DNA of 64,000 bases, from positions 61,427-125,426 of the forward strand of contig DJWJ01000011.1 of assembly GCA_002440965.1 (NCBI GenBank). Reading direction: 5' to 3'. Positions 1 to 8,965 of the stretch are shown here, piece by piece. The notes below the pieces were generated by a model, which made no database searches, had not been told where the DNA came from, and saw nothing but the letters and a program-made list of their open reading frames with translations. A program made the translations under genes and the position numbers. This DNA is from Candidatus Omnitrophica bacterium UBA6233 (GTDB lineage: Bacteria; Omnitrophota; Gorgyraeia; Gygaellales; Profunditerraquicolaceae). Positions within the stretch are counted from its first letter, which is position 1. Every line of letters begins with the position of its first letter.

Positions 1-49
1 GTACATCGCAGTAATTCCATACTTTCTGCACTATTTCATTTTCGCTCAT
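1..49 (-). CDS. hsdM: Type I R-M methyltransferase subunit HsdM, 5' end only. The gene starts at 49 and runs off the window edge.
   Basis: The reverse complement of 1-49 reads ATG AGC GAA AAT GAA ATA GTG CAG AAA GTA TGG AAT TAC TGC GAT GTA, translating to MSENEIVQKVWNYCDV. This matches the conserved HsdM N-terminus (compare EcoKI ..DLVAKLWKLCDNLRDGG). Only 16 codons are visible. Confidence 0.5.
   Translation of the reverse strand, partial: MSENEIVQKVWNYCDV
3..49. repeat. Direct repeat copy A (matching 1040-1086), covering the hsdM start region
   Basis: About 43 of 47 nt are identical to 1040-1086. The mismatches are ctgc versus tggg and one g/a. Both copies encode MSENEIV(Q/P)KVWNYCDV on the minus strand. 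Confidence 0.8.
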
Positions 50-317
50 AGATTTTACCTATCTTTCTTCATGCCATAGACTTAAATTTGTAGATTTCTC
101 AACAGAATATGTTATAATATTAATATGAGGCATTTAACTCTTGCTAAAACAAACCGCTACTTAAGAAACCGCGTTGCCCGTGCGATTTTACTCGGACGTA
201 CTACCATTAGTTCGGCCGCAGTGGAAGGTATCCATACTTGCAAACACACTCGCGCCAATGGCGTTTCCCCCAGCCGTTCAAAACACAATAGCGCCGCCGT
301 TTTATCCAAATAACATT

Positions 318-977
318 CTACACGTTTCTATCCGCTTTTTTCAAAGAATATTCTATAATCTTTCGAAAAATTATTTTCATCGGTACATAATTATGGCTAA
401 GCGCGGCACGCACTGCTGAAAAATACGGCTTTTCCCTCTTCTCTCCGGAAATAAGATAGAAATCAAAAGGCGGAAGTCCGGCCTGTAACCCCATCAATAC
501 CGCCAATAATCTCGCTAATCTGCCGTTACCTTCCCGAAAAGGATGGATCAGGACTAATTCAGCATGCGTTAGCGCAATAGCGTAACTTACCGCATCGATA
601 TCTCCCCGGCACGGCGTATAACGCGCAAGAATCTCCTTCTCAAAATCATCCATCAGCTGGGGAATATATGCAGCCGAGGCGAACTGGAATCCAGATTTGC
701 CGATATTGATATTGCGATATGTCCCTGCCCATTCGTATATCTTCCCTAACCAATTCTTATGCATAGCGCGAATGTCTGCCGCCGTAAATCGTTTGCCGGA
801 ATCTATGGTTTCAATATATTTCCCTAAAATTCGCGCGTGCTCGGAAATCTCCAAAGCCTCCATATCGCGCAAACGGGTAATCCCGCGCAGATTCATTAAA
901 ACCTTGCCGCGAGAACCAGGCTGAAGTTGCGCCTCCGGATAACCCGACACATCATATTTATCGCCTTTAGCGTTCAT
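318..977 (-). CDS. fic: Fic/Doc family protein (probable AMPylator or toxin)
   Basis: A 219 aa ORF carries the canonical Fic motif HPFREGNGRLARL. A GGAAG RBS lies 6 nt upstream. The gene sits 10 nt downstream of the hsdM-remnant stop. Confidence 0.85.
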   Translation of the reverse strand: MNAKGDKYDVSGYPEAQLQPGSRGKVLMNLRGITRLRDMEALEISEHARILGKYIETIDSGKRFTAADIRAMHKNWLGKIYEWAGTYRNINIGKSGFQFASAAYIPQLMDDFEKEILARYTPCRGDIDAVSYAIALTHAELVLIHPFREGNGRLARLLAVLMGLQAGLPPFDFYLISGEKREKPYFSAVRAALSHNYVPMKIIFRKIIEYSLKKADRNV

Positions 978-987
978 ATAATCTTCC

Positions 988-1086
988 TTATTTCAAATGC
1001 TCCACATAATCGCCGTAGCTGACGCCATCATCCCACAGCACATCGCAGTAATTCCATACTTTTGGGACTATTTCATTTTCACTCAT
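988..1086 (-). pseudogene. Truncated duplicate of the hsdM 5' end (32 codons then TAA)
   Basis: The reverse complement gives MSENEIVPKVWNYCDVLWDDGVSYGDYVEHLK*. This aligns with the HsdM N-terminal domain (EcoKI LVAKLWKLCDNLRDGGVSYQNYVNELASLLFLK) and stops where HsdM would continue. Confidence 0.6.
1040..1086. repeat. Direct repeat copy B (matching 3-49)
   Basis: See copy A. The similarity also extends weakly into the RBS-side sequence (ataggtaaaatct versus aataggaaatttt). Confidence 0.8.
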
Positions 1087-1102
1087 AAAATTTCCTATTA
1101 TA

Positions 1103-2002
1103 CTAATCCATACGATGTATCCAATACCATTCTCTAACATCCTGTCCATTATCTTTTAAAGCATAAACCGCAACAAAAGCAAAAGTTCCTTTTTGATCCA
1201 ATGAATCAATATTAAAAAGCACCGGTGATTTAGAAAATGGATTAGGGATAGGATTAAAACCTATTAATCGCGTTGAAACTTTAATATTTTCAAAATCCGC
1301 CTTCAACCCAACAATATCTTTAGACGTTTCCTGACATTTATCAACAGCCCATTTCCAAAATTTACGATAATCCCATGAAGATTCCTTTCCGCCCTGTGGA
1401 ATAGCATGCCAATAACCTTTACTTGCCAAATCAGAATCAAACAATTTCGCACCTGGCGTAACCCATTTATTAACTAATTTGACATAATCTCGCCAAGGAC
1501 AATCTCTAACTTCAGAAAACTCATCTAATACCTCATTTTTCCCCGGTCTTACCCATCTCTTATTGCGATAAACTTCTAATGGCATAATTGCACCGGTTCT
1601 TCCAAAAGTAACTACAAAAATTCCAAGATGTCTGCGTTTATTATTTGTATCAGCTAAATAATGGTTAAACTGTAACCAAATAGATTGACCAAAGGTTTTA
1701 AACTGATATTCTTTACATGGAGTAAGAATTAAAAAACTGTCAGTATTTTTTGCAATCAAATAAGTTTTTACATTAGGCAAAAATGCTAATGTTCCATAAT
1801 CACGTTTATAGAATTCTTGCCGGCTAATTATTTCGTTTTGTGAATCTAATAAAACTTGCTTTTCTACAGTTTTTTCTTTCTTTTCGATAGAAGGATTAAA
1901 GAAATTTACACTAACGCTAATAATTGCAGCTAATATAGTACAACCGCCACAAATTAAAGCGGCTATAATACCAACACTAAATCTTTTCTTATTTTTTATC
2001 AT
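1103..2002 (-). CDS. Hypothetical membrane-anchored protein (N-terminal TM helix), function unknown
   Basis: A 299 aa ORF has the N-terminal hydrophobic segment VGIIAALICGGCTILAAIISV. It overlaps the upstream ORF by 14 nt. I recognise no domain in it. Confidence 0.55.
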   Translation of the reverse strand: MIKNKKRFSVGIIAALICGGCTILAAIISVSVNFFNPSIEKKEKTVEKQVLLDSQNEIISRQEFYKRDYGTLAFLPNVKTYLIAKNTDSFLILTPCKEYQFKTFGQSIWLQFNHYLADTNNKRRHLGIFVVTFGRTGAIMPLEVYRNKRWVRPGKNEVLDEFSEVRDCPWRDYVKLVNKWVTPGAKLFDSDLASKGYWHAIPQGGKESSWDYRKFWKWAVDKCQETSKDIVGLKADFENIKVSTRLIGFNPIPNPFSKSPVLFNIDSLDQKGTFAFVAVYALKDNGQDVREWYWIHRMD

Positions 2003-2612
2003 TTATTTGTTTAATAACTAAATGTTTTTCCATCTCTCCAAGATTATCAGTCCACACTCCATCCCAAGATATTTCAAACACATCATATTTCCGAGAAATA
2101 AAATTATCCGCAACGATTTCTAATTCAACGCGCATAGTTGAATTAGCAGATATATGTCCTTCAAAATTATTAGGCGTTCCGTAAGTACAAATCCTGAATT
2201 TTTTTTCAACAAGAAAACCAAAATCGGCAGTATCTTCTTTGGATATCATTGGAAACATTGGATGACTTTCTGCCGGAGCCCAAGTTAATTGCTGAGGAAC
2301 AAATACATTTGCCCGGTAAAAATTACCATCTGCCTTCTTTTTTAGTATTCCAACAAGTAATATTCGCACATTCTTAGCAGAAGACCAAGGGCGTTTATTT
2401 TTAACAGATAAATGATAATAAATAACCGATGGGCCATTACTAAAATGCGTTAATTCACCTTTAAAGTTTTTAGGTTCTAACACTAAACGAGGACCAGCAA
2501 AGAAATCTCTAAATTTGTCACCCCAGATAGCCATAACAGCTACAGCAACAGTTCCAACAGCAGTTAACCAATCCGTTAGCTTTCCAAAATTTACAGAAAT
2601 ATCACACGCCAT
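1989..2612 (-). CDS. Hypothetical membrane-anchored protein, function unknown
   Basis: A 207 aa ORF has the N-terminal hydrophobic segment LTAVGTVAVAVMAIW. It lies 19 nt downstream of the hsdS stop. I recognise no domain in it. Confidence 0.5.
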   Translation of the reverse strand: MACDISVNFGKLTDWLTAVGTVAVAVMAIWGDKFRDFFAGPRLVLEPKNFKGELTHFSNGPSVIYYHLSVKNKRPWSSAKNVRILLVGILKKKADGNFYRANVFVPQQLTWAPAESHPMFPMISKEDTADFGFLVEKKFRICTYGTPNNFEGHISANSTMRVELEIVADNFISRKYDVFEISWDGVWTDNLGEMEKHLVIKQINDKK

Positions 2613-2631
2613 CGTCCCCTCCTTGCCAATA

Positions 2632-3873
2632 TCACTTTTTACTTAATTCTAACTTCCCCTTCTTTATTCGTTCCAACAAACTCTCGACAGGCTCATCATT
2701 CGGATCCGGCTCAACCAACTTGCCTTCGAAGGCTTTTTTCAAAATACTCTGTTTCAGTCGCTCAATCTTCTCCAGTCCTTGCTCAACGGCATCCTCAAGC
2801 AATTTTGCCCGTTCAAAACGAGATTCAATATTCTCAACAATCTTCACCTGTTCTTCAGGAGAACAAAATTTAAACGGAACCTTTTTAAAGTTTCTAGATG
2901 AAATCCCTGCAACCGTTGTCCCGGTTTTAGCTCTTTCTAATCTCTTTTGAAAAAAAGTTGACATTATCTGATACATTACGAATTTATCAAAATTGTCCGA
3001 TCTTAATAAAACCATTCTTTGCGCAATCGAGAATTTATAATCCGGGATTAGAGAAACTTCTCCCATAGGAGCTTCAGTAGTCATTAAGACATCACCTTTA
3101 TGTGGAATTCCTCTAGTCATATACTTCTTGTAAGTCTCCTCAGTAACATATCGAATATTTTCAAGTCTTATTTGACCATTCCGAATGTTTGAAGTCCGCA
3201 AATGTATAACACCCTTATCCGCATACGGTGGAGTTCTCCCGCGATAATCAATGATTTTAAAAATACTCTCAATAGGTTTTTCTTGTTCAATTTTCTCAAA
3301 CGCCGATTTAAACACTGCCTGGCGATAGCGCTTAATTTCCTGCTGCACGCGCTCCAGCGAATCCTTGGCGCTATCCAGCCGCGAAAACAAGCTCTCAATC
3401 TTGGCGACAATACGTTTTTGTTCGGGATAAGAAACTACCGGCACAGTCAGACACTCTAATTCTTTCGTTGGCACACGAAGCTGGCCAGCGGTTCCTGTCA
3501 TTCGGCCCCGTAAAAACCTTCGAACACTCGCCTGGAGTAAAAAGTAAAAGTAAAACTTATTGTCGACACAATCTGGCAAACGTATGACATGGAATTCCGT
3601 TGAACCCAATCCAATCCCATTCCTCAAACCTCCCATCAAGGCAATTTTACCGTTTTCCATACATGGCGTAATCTTGGCAAAAATAATATCTCCATCTTGA
3701 AATAGGGTAAACCTTTTTAACCCATCCGAAAGTTTAATCGTTTCCGACAAATCAAACCTGCCACTTTCCACTTCAACAGCTTTCATCGACAGGAAACTTA
3801 CTGTAACATCTGTCTTGGCCCGAGGGATCGCCTTCGCCGGATTAATTATTGCTACATCACCAAGTATAATCAA
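2632..3873 (-). CDS. hsdS: Type I R-M specificity subunit HsdS (two target-recognition domains)
   Basis: A 413 aa protein has two TRD-like halves separated and followed by conserved helical spacer regions (..LFSRLDSAKDSLERVQQEIKRYRQAVFKSAFE.. and ..ESRFERAKLLEDAVEQGLEKIERLKQSILKKAFEGKL). This is the typical HsdS layout. Confidence 0.85.
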   Translation of the reverse strand: MIILGDVAIINPAKAIPRAKTDVTVSFLSMKAVEVESGRFDLSETIKLSDGLKRFTLFQDGDIIFAKITPCMENGKIALMGGLRNGIGLGSTEFHVIRLPDCVDNKFYFYFLLQASVRRFLRGRMTGTAGQLRVPTKELECLTVPVVSYPEQKRIVAKIESLFSRLDSAKDSLERVQQEIKRYRQAVFKSAFEKIEQEKPIESIFKIIDYRGRTPPYADKGVIHLRTSNIRNGQIRLENIRYVTEETYKKYMTRGIPHKGDVLMTTEAPMGEVSLIPDYKFSIAQRMVLLRSDNFDKFVMYQIMSTFFQKRLERAKTGTTVAGISSRNFKKVPFKFCSPEEQVKIVENIESRFERAKLLEDAVEQGLEKIERLKQSILKKAFEGKLVEPDPNDEPVESLLERIKKGKLELSKK

Positions 3874-3980
3874 CTGTGCTCCTTAAATTCAATAATTTTC
3901 GCTCACCAATTCACCACAAAAGTTTAACCGTTATAAAGCGAAATGAACCATTGTAACTTATAAAGTTTTTGCTTACTTGA

Positions 3981-4706
3981 TTAAGAAATAAGGGATTCGA
4001 GATTGTTACGCAATTGAGCTTTAACAACATCAATATTAAGAGACCAAATATCAGCTAAAGACGAAATTGCCCCTTGAGTTTCCCATGGCATGATCGGCAA
4101 TTTACCATTAGTGACAAACGGCCCATCCGTCTCCAGAAGAACCTTCTCACGAGGCATTAACTTTATCAATTCCCGCCCTTTCGCACCTAATATCATTGCA
4201 GGACCGACACTAAACCAACAGCCCATTGTAATAGCCCGCTGCAATTCATTCGTTGTCCCAGAAAACCAATGTAATATCGCTGTCCCGGATCGAGGATATT
4301 CTTCAAGCAAATCCAGAACAGCATTGACAGCACACCTCGAATGAATACTCATAATCCTTCCACCTTGCTTTTCACACTCAGCTAAAACATTTAAAAATAT
4401 ATCCTTTTGCAATGGAAAGAATTCCTGATTCTTTGGCGTTCCGTCAAGACCTATCTCTCCAATAAACTGAACCTTCGCAACATCTGCCAGTAACATTTTT
4501 AATTCATTCGCTTTTTTATTCGCTATTTCAGGATGCAGCCCAAGGGCAACCTTAATATTTGTATATCCCGAGAATCTTTGTGACGTCACTTGCCAAGCTC
4601 TAGGGCTAGTCGTTACGACTAGAGTAAAAATATTTCGCTTTGAAACCATTGGAAGCAACTTTAAAGAATCCTGATAAAGATCAAGATGGGAATGAAAATC
4701 AATCAT
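3981..4706 (-). CDS. TatD-family metal-dependent nuclease/hydrolase (QatD-like)
   Basis: A 241 aa ORF has the N-terminal MIDFHSHLD (the HxH motif of TatD) and a TIM-barrel-type conservation pattern. It overlaps the upstream QueC-like gene by 4 nt. Confidence 0.8.
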   Translation of the reverse strand: MIDFHSHLDLYQDSLKLLPMVSKRNIFTLVVTTSPRAWQVTSQRFSGYTNIKVALGLHPEIANKKANELKMLLADVAKVQFIGEIGLDGTPKNQEFFPLQKDIFLNVLAECEKQGGRIMSIHSRCAVNAVLDLLEEYPRSGTAILHWFSGTTNELQRAITMGCWFSVGPAMILGAKGRELIKLMPREKVLLETDGPFVTNGKLPIMPWETQGAISSLADIWSLNIDVVKAQLRNNLESLIS

Positions 4707-5983
4707 ATAACCCCATGCTTTATTAAAAGCTGCCCGAGTTCATCCAACCCCCGAGATAAGACTCCTTCATATTGAGGACGATCAGTCGATGACGCAAAAG
4801 AAAGCGCTCCGCCTGCGAAGCGTTGTATCCCATATTTTTTATAATTTAAATAGGCCATAGCCACCGCCCCAATATCGTTAGGACCAAATTCACGGCCCGC
4901 TTTAGACAAGTCTTGAAAATGATAATTATTCACCGTGGTATCAGTTAATTGTGCTTTTAAGAAGGCTGCACGCCTAACCAAGCAAGGCAAACATCTGCCA
5001 CAATGAACTAGTTTATATCGACCAAACTTCCCACAACTTGTAGACTCCCCTATTAAACCAGTCAATTTTGCCTGATCACAACATCCACTAAGAATCTCGC
5101 CTTTAGTTTTAAATCGAAAAGGGAAAGATAATTTTACTGGGATACTTAGCATGTCCCAAATTTCTTGAAGGCCTCCAGCATAAAGGGGATGCGTGGTTTT
5201 CGTGCTCAAGCTGCCGCTTCTTCCTGAATTAAGTGATGGATTAAGACTCATAAAGCCGTTCTCGGGAACAACAACTTCTATAGGTGCTTCGGATCGAGAA
5301 TTTAAGGCAGATGCCGCAAGAAGCCCGTATGCAAAAAAGATTATTGAGCGTCCCCGAGTTGAACTTTCACACCTATTAAACAAGCTTACTGGATGGCTCC
5401 AATTAAAATACCGACTAGAAGCACCCAAGGTGTTTGCAAACCTCATTTGTGATTTTCTATCACCTTTGACGACTTGAGAAACAAATAAAGGTTTTCTCCC
5501 CGTAGCTGTCAAGTCAATTGCGCCAACAAGACTATCCATACCACCCGAAAGTAACGAAATACAATCTGCATCATAAGAAGCGAGAACTGATGCTTGTGGA
5601 GGTGGCTCAGCTCCAGGAAGAAAGTTTAATTTCCAAAAATCACCAGTTAAAACACGTAAAATCGATTCTAACCGAGATTTTTGTTGTACCCATAGTCCGT
5701 GTTCACAAAGATAAACATCCACTTCAATAACGCGCGTCCATCCATCGGAACTGTTCGACCTCTTACATGATAAATCAGCAGCTGCCACTGCTAACGCAAT
5801 TGACAGAAAATCCCACACGCGTACAGTCGGACTAAAACCTTTCTTTTTAACATCACTACGCAATGTTGGCGCAATGTGCCCAACACCATCACGATGTGAA
5901 TAAGAATACATCGAGAAATAGTTGACGTCATTCACTAGTGTTGCTGGCAAAATAGAATCTGGGGCACAAATAACTTTGTTCAT
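4703..5983 (-). CDS. QueC-like PP-loop ATPase with an extra N-terminal domain (QatC-like)
   Basis: A 426 aa ORF has the PP-loop SLLSGGMDSLVGAIDL about 145 aa from the N-terminus. It has a C-terminal Cys cluster CGKFGRYKLVHCGRCLPC, like the Zn site of QueC. No queD, queE, queF or tgt neighbours are present. Confidence 0.8.
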   Translation of the reverse strand: MNKVICAPDSILPATLVNDVNYFSMYSYSHRDGVGHIAPTLRSDVKKKGFSPTVRVWDFLSIALAVAAADLSCKRSNSSDGWTRVIEVDVYLCEHGLWVQQKSRLESILRVLTGDFWKLNFLPGAEPPPQASVLASYDADCISLLSGGMDSLVGAIDLTATGRKPLFVSQVVKGDRKSQMRFANTLGASSRYFNWSHPVSLFNRCESSTRGRSIIFFAYGLLAASALNSRSEAPIEVVVPENGFMSLNPSLNSGRSGSLSTKTTHPLYAGGLQEIWDMLSIPVKLSFPFRFKTKGEILSGCCDQAKLTGLIGESTSCGKFGRYKLVHCGRCLPCLVRRAAFLKAQLTDTTVNNYHFQDLSKAGREFGPNDIGAVAMAYLNYKKYGIQRFAGGALSFASSTDRPQYEGVLSRGLDELGQLLIKHGVI

Positions 5984-6837
5984 ATAGCACCTTCATATAC
6001 ACTAAAAGTATTCGCTAATGCTTCTTGAATAACAGTTGCCATCTGTCTCGAATCTAGATTGGCATTCCCTTCTCGCAACTGACGAATCTGGGCAGCAATT
6101 TCAGCCCTCATGTATTCACCCATTTCATTCACCCGTTGCACAACGTCTTTCGGATCTAACTTGGCGCTTTCAAAAAGTTGGCCGATATCAAGCTGCAATC
6201 GTGTGGATGCCTCATTTGCCAAAAAAAGCTCAACCACTGTCCAAATATCCGCGTCGTTCATTTTAAGCAAATTCACATTCGGCTGAATTCGTAACAAATC
6301 AGACATTGCACCATTCATAGAGTTTCGACACGATTCTTCATCAAGGCTCCCTCCATCTGATACAACCAAACGGCCGATTTCATCAATCACATCCCTTGCC
6401 GTTGACGTCCTAGCCACTAAAGCATTAATCCACTGGTTAATACGTTGATCAGTACCATCTCGTACTGTTTGAAAAAACGAAACCAGGCCAGCCGCAGTCC
6501 TAGCTGACAAACGCATACGTTTCGCCACGTTTTTCGCACCGCCCATCCCCAGATGGGAATAATGACCAACTGCTTTTCTAAAATGCCCCTCGTCTCCCGT
6601 TCTAGCAAAAATCCCCATTTCTCTTCGGGCATTTGCAAATCGTCGAGCAGGAGCAACACTCACCGGCTGATTCACTTCCAATGGTTGATCTGGTGGCGCA
6701 GTTTCCCTTGGATTATTCCCATTAGGCTCATCTGCTGGCACACTAGGAATAATCAATGGATTACCAATCTGATCAAGCCAAGGAGGATCAAAACCTACCC
6801 CGGCACCAGGCCCTGAACTTGAAGTAGACGTTCCCAT
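5980..6837 (-). CDS. QatB-like protein of unknown function
   Basis: A 285 aa ORF has a Gly/Ser/Pro-rich N-terminus (MGTSTSSSGPGAGVGFDPPW..) followed by a helical region. Its position between the NTPase and the QueC-like gene matches Qat gene order. Confidence 0.5.
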   Translation of the reverse strand: MGTSTSSSGPGAGVGFDPPWLDQIGNPLIIPSVPADEPNGNNPRETAPPDQPLEVNQPVSVAPARRFANARREMGIFARTGDEGHFRKAVGHYSHLGMGGAKNVAKRMRLSARTAAGLVSFFQTVRDGTDQRINQWINALVARTSTARDVIDEIGRLVVSDGGSLDEESCRNSMNGAMSDLLRIQPNVNLLKMNDADIWTVVELFLANEASTRLQLDIGQLFESAKLDPKDVVQRVNEMGEYMRAEIAAQIRQLREGNANLDSRQMATVIQEALANTFSVYEGAI

Positions 6838-8706
6838 TTATTTTCTTCCTTGCATTGAGATAGCATTCTTAACTTGTACAGGAGTATTCGCATCCTGCGA
6901 CCAGCGCTGCAGCATATCTTGAGCCCACGCCTCTCCTTTAATATGAGGAATCAGTGGCGCGGGGCGATTAGCCGCTGGTATCGTTTCAAGATTTGATACA
7001 AATAATGGCCCTAGTCCCGCGAACGCCCTAGTTACATGAAGACATCGAATTAAAGATGACAACGACCATTGCTCCGCCCGCGAAAGTCTCAATAATCGGG
7101 ACAATATACTTCCACACTCTACTTCACCAAGAGTTTGCAATTGAGTAATCATAGGCTGCTGAATAACTTCTCTTATCTCGGCTAACGCTGTTAACAATTC
7201 TTTCCCTCTAACAGAAAGTTCATCAAAACTTGCAAAATTCATCGCCTTATCTCGGCTCAAATATAATAATGGGCGAAGATCAATAGCAGCTAAACGTGGA
7301 GTAAGTTTTAACCATTCGGCAATAAAGGGTACATTCCAGCAAGGATCAGGTGAGCTATACACCTCTCCTTTTGCAAGAGCATCCTCAATTGCCTTCAAAA
7401 AAGAAGGTTTTCCATCGCTGCTTTCGGAAACTTTTCTTACTAAATATTCAAATGCCAAAGCCGGGGCACAACGCTCAAATAGCTGCAATTTCACTAATTC
7501 CTCAAAGGCTACAGTCATACCTTGGCTTCTTGCAACCGTATCTCGAATCATGAGATTATTTAAAAATCTTTTTATCAATCTAGGATTACCTGCGATATTG
7601 TCTGCCGTCGCCATAAGACCGGCAAGTTGATCTGCCAAATCAATTTGAGAACCAATCTTGGTGACTTCTGCACCAAAAGCCTCTTCCATTGTCTTCCGTG
7701 TCAGACAGCCTTTCCAAGAATCTCGAGCTGCTTCTAAAATTTTAACTTGTGCCTCTGCTAATACTTCTTTTAAAATTACCCCACGCCTCTGTTCCAAGTC
7801 AGCTAACAACAGAATCAAATAGGCTTTTACTTCACTGATGCTTAACCGAGGGACTTCCAGCGGAACCTGTATTAACTTGTCAAAATAACTAGTGACTAAA
7901 TTATCTTCCAAGTCATTAATCCCAAAATGCGCTCTAACCGCATTGCGGATCATCTGCTGATCAGCGGCAATAACAAAAGCCGTGCGGGGCAAAAATAGAA
8001 GTAACCGCATGGCCTCCAATGTAGAAATCGCAGTATTAGGAAGACATCGATCAAGGTCATCAACTAAGACAACCAGAGTAATATCTAAATCTTTTAGGAC
8101 CTCCTCAAAAGCTATTCTTAATCCTGCTATTTCTTTTGGAAGCGACTTTAATTCTTTATCTCTTAACAGACCTTTCAGTTCAGGCTCAAGCTCGGCATAA
8201 GCATTCTTAAGCTTCGTTAAATCTTCCTCAGACGGATTCCCCTGAGAGTTCGCAAGTCCACTGACAGCCCCAATGACTGCTCCAAGAGGCCCAGCCATCG
8301 TACCGCCGACAGCCATTCCGGTTAAAACCGGTGCAACAAGTTTTCCGACCCGGAACCATTTAACACGTTTTGCAAATTCGAGAGCCTTATCCAACGGTGT
8401 TTTTCTTTTTTCTGCTTCATCAAGCAAAGCGTCGGAAACAACTTGTAACAATGCCATTCTGGCATCATCGAAACCCTGATAAAGCCAAGCGTTAAAATTT
8501 ACAAAAATGTATTTCTTTCTTGATTCTTCATCTTTCTGTAAACAAACACCTATCATTTTCACTAACGATGATTTGCCAGATCCCCAGTTACCAGACACGC
8601 CTATCGACACCGGCTGACCATTTGATTCGCGAATAAGTTGAGCTGCTGTTTCTGCAACAACAGTAAAATTTAGTAAATCCGTCGTCGTTTCTACATCGTG
8701 CCACAT
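6838..8706 (-). CDS. KAP-family P-loop NTPase (QatA-like)
   Basis: A 622 aa ORF has the Walker A motif GVSGNWGSGKSSL (the KAP signature GxWGxGKS) and the Walker B motif LVVLVDDLDRC. It has a hydrophobic insert LVAPVLTGMAVGGTMAGPLGAVIGAV typical of KAP NTPases. An AGGAGG RBS lies 6 nt upstream. Confidence 0.75.
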   Translation of the reverse strand: MWHDVETTTDLLNFTVVAETAAQLIRESNGQPVSIGVSGNWGSGKSSLVKMIGVCLQKDEESRKKYIFVNFNAWLYQGFDDARMALLQVVSDALLDEAEKRKTPLDKALEFAKRVKWFRVGKLVAPVLTGMAVGGTMAGPLGAVIGAVSGLANSQGNPSEEDLTKLKNAYAELEPELKGLLRDKELKSLPKEIAGLRIAFEEVLKDLDITLVVLVDDLDRCLPNTAISTLEAMRLLLFLPRTAFVIAADQQMIRNAVRAHFGINDLEDNLVTSYFDKLIQVPLEVPRLSISEVKAYLILLLADLEQRRGVILKEVLAEAQVKILEAARDSWKGCLTRKTMEEAFGAEVTKIGSQIDLADQLAGLMATADNIAGNPRLIKRFLNNLMIRDTVARSQGMTVAFEELVKLQLFERCAPALAFEYLVRKVSESSDGKPSFLKAIEDALAKGEVYSSPDPCWNVPFIAEWLKLTPRLAAIDLRPLLYLSRDKAMNFASFDELSVRGKELLTALAEIREVIQQPMITQLQTLGEVECGSILSRLLRLSRAEQWSLSSLIRCLHVTRAFAGLGPLFVSNLETIPAANRPAPLIPHIKGEAWAQDMLQRWSQDANTPVQVKNAISMQGRK

Positions 8707-8965
8707 GAGTGACCTCCTAAAATATATTTTCTAATTGCTTTACTAGAACCAAATATTTTCCTAATTTTAATAATTCCCTTAAAACTTTCCAGCCCCGCGT
8801 TGATGTTCTCAATGATCTTAGTAGTTAAAACATCCTAACCGAGAAGATTATCGATGCCGATTAGACTCTGTCCCTTGAACTCAAAAGTGTCAAAACTAGT
8901 TTTATCCCGATAACAAATATATCTATCTGAACCTATAAAACAATTTAGATATAGTTGTTCACCAC

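Noticed and set aside
8707-8965. Promoter call for the Qat-like cassette
   Set aside because: AGGAGG is clear, but the -35/-10 candidates (TTGGTT..AAATAT) are weak and ambiguous in AT-rich sequence. It was not called as a feature.
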